A DNA stretch of 64,000 nucleotides from Candidatus Sericytochromatia bacterium (GTDB lineage: Bacteria > Cyanobacteriota > Sericytochromatia > S15B-MN24 > UBA4093). The notes under the pieces are model-generated. The model did no database searches, was not told where the DNA came from, and worked only from the letters and a program-made list of their open reading frames with translations. This document shows positions 58,775-64,000 of this stretch, piece after piece; position 1 is the stretch's first letter, and each line of letters starts with the position of its first letter. The DNA lies in contig JAKFCT010000069.1 in assembly GCA_036676495.1 (NCBI GenBank), forward strand, positions 1 to 64,000, in the 5' to 3' direction. Position numbers and translations under genes: made by a program.

Positions 58775-59353
58775 CTAGCGGATCAGGCTGAGGAACTCGC
58801 TGCGGGCGTGGGGATCGCGCATGGCGCCTTCGTAGGCGGAGGTCACCATGGAGGCCCCTTCCTTCTTGACCCCGCGGCAGACCATGCAGCCGTGGGCGGC
58901 CTCGATGACGACGGCGGCGCCGCGAGGCTGGAGGTGGTCCATCAGGGCCTGGACGACCTGGCGGGTGAGGCGCTCCTGGATCTGGAGGCGGCGCGCGAAG
59001 CAATCCACCAGCCGGGCAAGCTTGCTGAGGCCCACGACCTTCCGGCTGGGCAGGTAAGCGACGTGCGCTTTGCCGTCGAAGGGCAGCATGTGGTGCTCAC
59101 AGGTGGAGTGGAAGGGGATGTCCTTGAGGAGGACCATCTCCTCGTAGCCTTCGACCTCCTCGAAGGTGGTGGCAAGAATGGCTTCGGGGTTCTGCTGGTA
59201 GCCCGCGAAGATCTCGGCCCAGGCGCGGATCACCCGGTCCGGGGTCTCGAGCAGCCCTTCTCGGTCGGGGTCTTCGCCGATGGTCTTGAGGATGGTCCGC
59301 AGAGCCAGCTTGACCTCTTCGAGCTGGGGAGGGATCGGGGTGGAAGTCGCCAT
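58775..59353 (-). CDS. folE: GTP cyclohydrolase I
   Basis: [41 protein letters not shown]. Confidence 0.95.
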   Translation of the reverse strand: MATSTPIPPQLEEVKLALRTILKTIGEDPDREGLLETPDRVIRAWAEIFAGYQQNPEAILATTFEEVEGYEEMVLLKDIPFHSTCEHHMLPFDGKAHVAYLPSRKVVGLSKLARLVDCFARRLQIQERLTRQVVQALMDHLQPRGAAVVIEAAHGCMVCRGVKKEGASMVTSAYEGAMRDPHARSEFLSLIR

Positions 59354-59632
59354 CGTTATCATTCTCCTGGGCGGGGGCCGGAGCCGCCGTGATCGAGGCC
59401 CCGGAGGGACTCGGGTCGAACGCTGCGGCGGCATGCTTGCTCGTCGATGCCGCTCGATCCCAAACAGGATACCGCATGCGGCCGCCTCTGTCAGCGTCGT
59501 GGCGCATGGTTTCCCGCTAGACAGGCGGAAAGACGGGCCCGGATCGGGGCGTGCGGCCTGAGCTTGCCGGAGAAAGGGCGAGTTGCCTTGCGCTCGACGG
59601 CAGGCGAGCCCAAGGCAACCGGTCGGTGGAAA

Positions 59633-60085
59633 TCAGGCGCTGACGCGCTTGGTCATGCGGAGCTGGTTCTGCTCTCCGGGGCGGATATCCCAGCTGACCT
59701 CGTCCATGAGGGACTGCATGAAGAAGATCCCCATGCCTCCGCGCTGCCCCTCGATGACCATGCGTTCGATGTCCGGCCGGGGGACGCGCCCCTTGGGAGG
59801 CTCGAACGGTTCGCCCCAGTCGGTGAGGCAGACCTCGAAGCGGTCCGCCTGGGCATTGACCGCGATGTCGATGCGGCCCTGGTCGGGCGGGGTGTTGCGG
59901 TAGGCATGTTTGACGACGTTGGCGCAGGCCTCGACGATGGCCAGCTCGATGTCCCCGAGGGGGACGTTGGAGAAGCCGGCGTCGATCGCGGCGCGGCGCA
60001 CGAACTGGTGCATGTGGAACAGGTTCGCGAGATTGTTGGTGAAGGTCGCCTGGGCACTGAGTTGCTTGGACGTGAGCGAGGCCAT
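59633..60085 (-). CDS. Anti-sigma factor kinase (RsbW-like)
   Basis: ELAIVEACANVVKHAY, DWGEPF, GGMGIFFMQSLMDEV. Confidence 0.88.
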   Translation of the reverse strand: MASLTSKQLSAQATFTNNLANLFHMHQFVRRAAIDAGFSNVPLGDIELAIVEACANVVKHAYRNTPPDQGRIDIAVNAQADRFEVCLTDWGEPFEPPKGRVPRPDIERMVIEGQRGGMGIFFMQSLMDEVSWDIRPGEQNQLRMTKRVSA

Positions 60086-60101
60086 CGATCCTCCTTGTTT
60101 G

Positions 60102-60461
60102 CTAGTTGGCCGGCACGGCGCGATAGGAGGCGATGGCGTCGCGGGTGCTGGGGAACGTCTGGAAGAAGCCCGCGAAGGCCAGCGTCAGGACGCGTTGTAG
60201 GGACGGATTGAGGTTGGCGATGCGCAGGTCGCCGTTCCGCTCGCGGAGATCGGCGGTCAGCGAGAGGATGGCGCCGAAGCCGATGCTGGAGATATGGATG
60301 GCCTCCGCGGCGTCGAGCACGACCTGGGGCGACTCCCCGGGCAGCGCGTCGACGATCTCCTCGAACCCGCGAACGGTTTGATCGTTGAGGAAGCCGGAGA
60401 GATGGAGGATGGTGACCTGATCCTCGTGCAGGGGGGTGCAGATGAGGGTGTAACTGTCCAT
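60102..60461 (-). CDS. STAS anti-sigma-factor antagonist (RsbV-like)
   Basis: LSGFLN...HISSIGFG...NLNPSL. Confidence 0.8.
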   Translation of the reverse strand: MDSYTLICTPLHEDQVTILHLSGFLNDQTVRGFEEIVDALPGESPQVVLDAAEAIHISSIGFGAILSLTADLRERNGDLRIANLNPSLQRVLTLAFAGFFQTFPSTRDAIASYRAVPAN

Positions 60462-60644
60462 AGGGGTCCTTTCCCGGATGAAGGGGGGAGCCGTTTCTCC
60501 ATGTAAGCGAAGGGATGTTGCCGGGAGATTGAGCGGGGGTAAGGAGAGCATCAAGCCTGCGAGAAGGGGGTGATTCTGCTTTACAAGCCTTTGTAAAGTG
60601 ATACAATCCTTGCGGATGGCTCGATCGTTCTTAAGGAGAAGACC

Positions 60645-60938
60645 ATGGCCCAGGACCAAAGGACCCAAGCGGGAATCGCGACGTGGCAGGCCTATTACTC
60701 CACGCTGATGGAGCAGGAGGGCGTTGAACGGCTTCGCCGGGTCAAGAGCCGGCTCTACGAAAAACTGGAGTCCATCAACGAGGAGATCGAGTCCTTGGAG
60801 GAGGATCGCGAGCGGATCTTTGGCCGTCACCCCGAGATCTCGCCCTTCATCGAGCAAGAGGTGGACGGGCTGATCACGACGGGGCGCGAGGTGAGCATCC
60901 GTCTGGAAACGGTGATCGGGCTCCTCGGCGAGGAGTAG
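60645..60938 (+). CDS. Small coiled-coil hypothetical protein
   Basis: Good SD (aaggag), helical heptads, followed by a terminator. Confidence 0.65.
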   Translation: MAQDQRTQAGIATWQAYYSTLMEQEGVERLRRVKSRLYEKLESINEEIESLEEDRERIFGRHPEISPFIEQEVDGLITTGREVSIRLETVIGLLGEE

Positions 60939-60965
60939 CGAGACGCTGGTTCGGCAGCCCCCATA

Positions 60966-61013
60966 AAAACCCGAGAGCCGGTGGCGCCAACGCGCCACCG
61001 GCTCTCGGGGTTT
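60966..61013. terminator. Bidirectional terminator
   Basis: aaaacccgagagccggtggcg/cgccaccggctctcggggttt stem between convergent genes. Confidence 0.8.
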
Positions 61014-61018
61014 GGGAT

Positions 61019-62881
61019 CTAGAGGCTCGGCAGGTAGTGCCGGCGGAAGTCGTCACGGGGCGGGCGCTTGTCGCGCTTGCGCTCGTCGTGGCCCGTATGC
61101 TCGTTCGGGGTGCCGGCGTCGACCAGTTCGGAGCCCGTGAGCGGGTAGCCGACCTGGAAGGTCATCGCGGGGCTGAGCCGGCCGTTCTGGATGGCCGCGC
61201 GCATGCCGGCGAGCGCCGGGTCGTTGTCCGGGTTGGAGATGAGGATCTTGGCGATCGCTTCCCGGGCGAGGTCGATGGGGCCGGTCTTGATGATGCTCGA
61301 GGCGCCCAGCGCGCGGGCCGCGTAGGTGAGGCCGAAGCCCACCTTTCCGACCGTGCGGAAGACCTGGTGCTCGTCGAGGCCGCAGTCCAGGTTGGCCAAG
61401 AGGACGGCGTTCTGGGGATGGGTGTTCTGGAACTTCAGGAAGAAGTTGCCGAAGGTCGAGGCGAGCGTCTTGCCCATGCGGACCAGGACCGGCAGCGACA
61501 GCGGCTTGCCCGAGGTGTCCTGGATGCGGCCGTTCTCGGAGACGTACTTGCCGTCCCGGAGGATCCGATCCAGCAGGAAGCGGCCCACGTCCTGGGTGCG
61601 CACCGCCACCTGGCGGGTGGCCTTCTGGAGGTCGGCGTCGGACATGTCCTTCCAGTCATCCGGCAGGATGGTCTGGATGTAGGCGGGGTCGCGCTTGGCA
61701 ATCTCTTGAAGGTAGTTGCGCAGGGTAGCCGAGGTGATCATGCCGCCCTCGCCGCCGGCCTTGGTCTCGGCGTCCGCGCCCTCGCCGTAGAGGGCCGCGA
61801 ACATGGCGGCACCGATCTCGTAAGGGGTCTTCTGATCCCGGTGGAAGAAGGTCCAGGTCACGCAGTGGCGCTCATGGGGCTGCAGGCTGGCAACGGTCTG
61901 TTCCCAGATCAGCTCGGTTTCGGCCTTGCCGAAGTCGCGGGCCAGGGAGGCGACGCGCTGGGTCGAGTGCTGATCGATGATGGCGCCGAACGGCTCGAAG
62001 GTCACGCCGGTCGGCTGCTCCGGATGCCCGATGGCCAGGAGGCTGTCGGGGACGTACTTGCCGGCGTCCAGCATGGCGGCAAGCGTCTTGAGCTTGGAGA
62101 CTTCCATGCCGGCCGGGGTGTCTTCCGCGGGTTGGCCGAGCTTGGCGAGCCGGCGGTCGAATTCGGCGCGCAGCAGGCGGGTGGCTTCGGCGAGCTGGTT
62201 GCTCGGGAAGACGTGCTCGGTGCTGGTGAGGCCCTCGCTCATGGCGGTCACGGCCGCGGCCTGGGCGAAGATGCCGACGTCGAGGGATTCCTCGCGGGCG
62301 GTGACGGCGAGGCCGAAGGGCTCCATGACGTCGCCGAGGAGGGATTCGTAGTGGTCGCGGCGCAGCAGGACCCAGAGGGGGATGGCGATCGCCTCGGGAT
62401 TCCAGCCGGCGAGCTCCATGAAGGCCCGGCGGACCTCACCGTCGAGTTCGACCACCCGCACCGGCTGCCAGTTGGTCGCGGAGGGCGACCAGAAGCCGTT
62501 GTACGCCGCCCGGAAGCGCACGTCCTGCGCGACGGGGCGCGAGAAGTCGACGGCGGGACGGTTGCCCAGGGTGGCCAGGAAGTCGCCGAAACCGGGGAAT
62601 GCGTCGTACTCGCGGGTCAGCGTGCCGTCAGGATGCACCCACCAGGTATCCCCGCCATCGGTGAGGGAAATCTGGGATCCGTCCACGGAGACCGGCTTCC
62701 CGGTCCGGGCGGCTTCCGCGCGCGCGGCCTCGATAGCCGCATCGAAGCGCTCGAAGATCCCGCTGAGGAGCGCGTCGCGCTCGGGAAGCCCGAGGCCCAG
62801 CAGACGCCCGGTGAGGCTGTTGCGGCGCTTGGCCTCGGTGAACTGGAAAAGCGCGTCGAGCGCATCAGTGGCAGTGATCAT
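61019..62881 (-). CDS. Large hypothetical protein with nitroreductase-like motifs
   Basis: WSPSATNWQP near the N-terminus; LTYAARALGASS and FQVGYP near the C-terminus. Confidence 0.6.
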   Translation of the reverse strand: MITATDALDALFQFTEAKRRNSLTGRLLGLGLPERDALLSGIFERFDAAIEAARAEAARTGKPVSVDGSQISLTDGGDTWWVHPDGTLTREYDAFPGFGDFLATLGNRPAVDFSRPVAQDVRFRAAYNGFWSPSATNWQPVRVVELDGEVRRAFMELAGWNPEAIAIPLWVLLRRDHYESLLGDVMEPFGLAVTAREESLDVGIFAQAAAVTAMSEGLTSTEHVFPSNQLAEATRLLRAEFDRRLAKLGQPAEDTPAGMEVSKLKTLAAMLDAGKYVPDSLLAIGHPEQPTGVTFEPFGAIIDQHSTQRVASLARDFGKAETELIWEQTVASLQPHERHCVTWTFFHRDQKTPYEIGAAMFAALYGEGADAETKAGGEGGMITSATLRNYLQEIAKRDPAYIQTILPDDWKDMSDADLQKATRQVAVRTQDVGRFLLDRILRDGKYVSENGRIQDTSGKPLSLPVLVRMGKTLASTFGNFFLKFQNTHPQNAVLLANLDCGLDEHQVFRTVGKVGFGLTYAARALGASSIIKTGPIDLAREAIAKILISNPDNDPALAGMRAAIQNGRLSPAMTFQVGYPLTGSELVDAGTPNEHTGHDERKRDKRPPRDDFRRHYLPSL

Positions 62882-63031
62882 CGTGATGAAAAACTCCTCG
62901 GCGTATTGAATCGGATTTGCCGTGACCCACCATGCTACCATGCGCGACCTCCCATCGACAGGCTAATGGCGACTCACCATGCCGGAGCGGGCCGCGGGAG
63001 AAGGTTCAAAGGATTTCCCTGCCTTAAAGTA

Positions 63032-63060
63032 TTGACAACCTGCGCCGGAGAACGTAGAGT
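63032..63060 (+). promoter_or_regulatory. Sigma70 promoter of tRNA-Val
   Basis: TTGACA-17-TAGAGT. Confidence 0.75.
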
Positions 63061-63072
63061 AGATACCTGTTC

Positions 63073-63146
63073 GGGCGCATAGCTCAGTTGGTTAGAGCGC
63101 GTCGTTGACATCGACGAGGTCACTGGTTCGAATCCAGTTGTGCCCA
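63073..63146 (+). tRNA. tRNA-Val (GAC)
   Basis: GGGCGCATAGCTCAGTTGGTTAGAGCG-CGTCG-TTGACAT-CGACG...GTTCGAATCCAGTTGTGCCCA. Confidence 0.95.
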
Positions 63147-63151
63147 CTGAC

Positions 63152-63193
63152 AAGCCAGCTTGTTGCAGTTAGCAACAAGCTGGCTTTTTATTT
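63152..63193 (+). terminator. Intrinsic terminator after tRNA-Val
   Basis: aagccagcttgttgc/gcaacaagctggctt stem plus T tract. Confidence 0.8.
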
Positions 63194-63526
63194 GTCGAGC
63201 TTGCTTGGTCGCCGGGGGCGGCCTCGAGCGGGTCATGACGCGGGTTAGGTTCGGGGAAACGGGAGGCGTGTCGACGCACCAGCATCTGCGGGAGGGATTG
63301 CTCATCGCAATGGAGCAGCCACGCCCCAACGAGGTTAGGCAGAGGCTGCACTAGTATTGCCCCATGTCCTCCAGCCCCACCTGAACGTCCCCGGAAGCGG
63401 TAACGAGAATAACGCCTCAAGCACGTGCTGTGCCCCCTCTCCCAGCCTACCCCTCGATCACCGAAGTTGTGGGTATCCTAGCTACTTGTGGAGAATCAAC
63501 GGTTATGGGGTTGCTGGATAACCCAC

Positions 63527-64000
63527 TTAGGGCCCCTGGGCGATTGCCCGCCCCTTCACTTCTATGCCAAGCTCATCTTCCATCGGGATCATCATGAACG
63601 CGGGCCGCTGGATGCCATAATCACTTAACCGAATGGTGAACCGTCCCTCGAACTGAACGTCCGGTCCGTTTGGCGTGAATTCGAGGACAGTCTCGACAGG
63701 ACGCTCGAGGCCCCGAATGGCCAACTGCCCGCGCAGACGTGCATGCCCCATGAATAGATCCGCTTCTTTTCGATCCGCAAACGTGATCTCTTGGGCTCTG
63801 AGGATGAGCCGTGGATGCCGGAATGCCTCAAGCACCTCAAGGGCATGCTTGTCTCGGTTACGATTTCCGCTGCTGAAGCTGCGGACGGGCACGGATAGCT
63901 CGATGGGCAGGGCAATCCTCCCGGCCTCGATGCCGAACTCACCCCGCAGCGATCGGGAAATCCCCTCCCAGCGGTGCATGGGATGCGCCCCAGAATAGCG
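63527..64000 (-). CDS. YceI-like protein, 5' end outside window
   Basis: HPMHRWEG...VPVRSFSSGNRNRDKH...GQLAIRG...LSDYGI; frame open to the window edge. Confidence 0.75.
   Translation of the reverse strand, partial: RYSGAHPMHRWEGISRSLRGEFGIEAGRIALPIELSVPVRSFSSGNRNRDKHALEVLEAFRHPRLILRAQEITFADRKEADLFMGHARLRGQLAIRGLERPVETVLEFTPNGPDVQFEGRFTIRLSDYGIQRPAFMMIPMEDELGIEVKGRAIAQGP

Noticed and set aside
1-64000. CRISPR array or cas genes
   Set aside because: I saw no regularly spaced 25-45 bp repeats with unique spacers and no cas-like ORFs. The junction repeats are kilobases apart and derive from a tRNA end.

Overview
GC-rich bacterial chromosome window. The lineage is probably a non-photosynthetic relative of Cyanobacteria (Sericytochromatia-like). 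This is an inference from a cyanobacterial-type tRNA-Pro(GGG), a KMGKS-type MetRS and a DUF3370-like gene alongside chemotaxis genes, with no photosynthesis genes in the window. The right half (36.4-63.2 kb) is mostly housekeeping: metG, tatD, nth, yraN, an Fe/B12 ABC transporter, cheW, ruvX, sppA, rnd, tcdA, folE, an rsbW/rsbV-like pair and 3 tRNAs. The left half (about 4-36.3 kb) is accessory and ends at tRNA-Pro(GGG), next to a truncated recombinase-like ORF. The main finding is a conserved junction element repeated at about 19.2, 24.3, 27.3, 28.1 and 32.2 kb, with weaker relics at 8.1 and 5.0 kb. It consists of a double hairpin and a copy of the tRNA 3' end, and four copies add a 30-codon coding tail with a conserved stop. 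These junctions split the region into small cargo modules: ars cluster, ABC-F, peptidases, VOC proteins and PEP carboxylase. Together they look like a tRNA-anchored, integron-like cassette array. Other highlights are a rifamycin glycosyltransferase-like gene behind an actinobacterial-type RAE palindrome, an ABC-F leader with a start-stop uORF and an anti-start stem, and a two-copy structured intergenic element at 3.7 and 43 kb. All assignments come from reading motifs by eye; no database searches were run.
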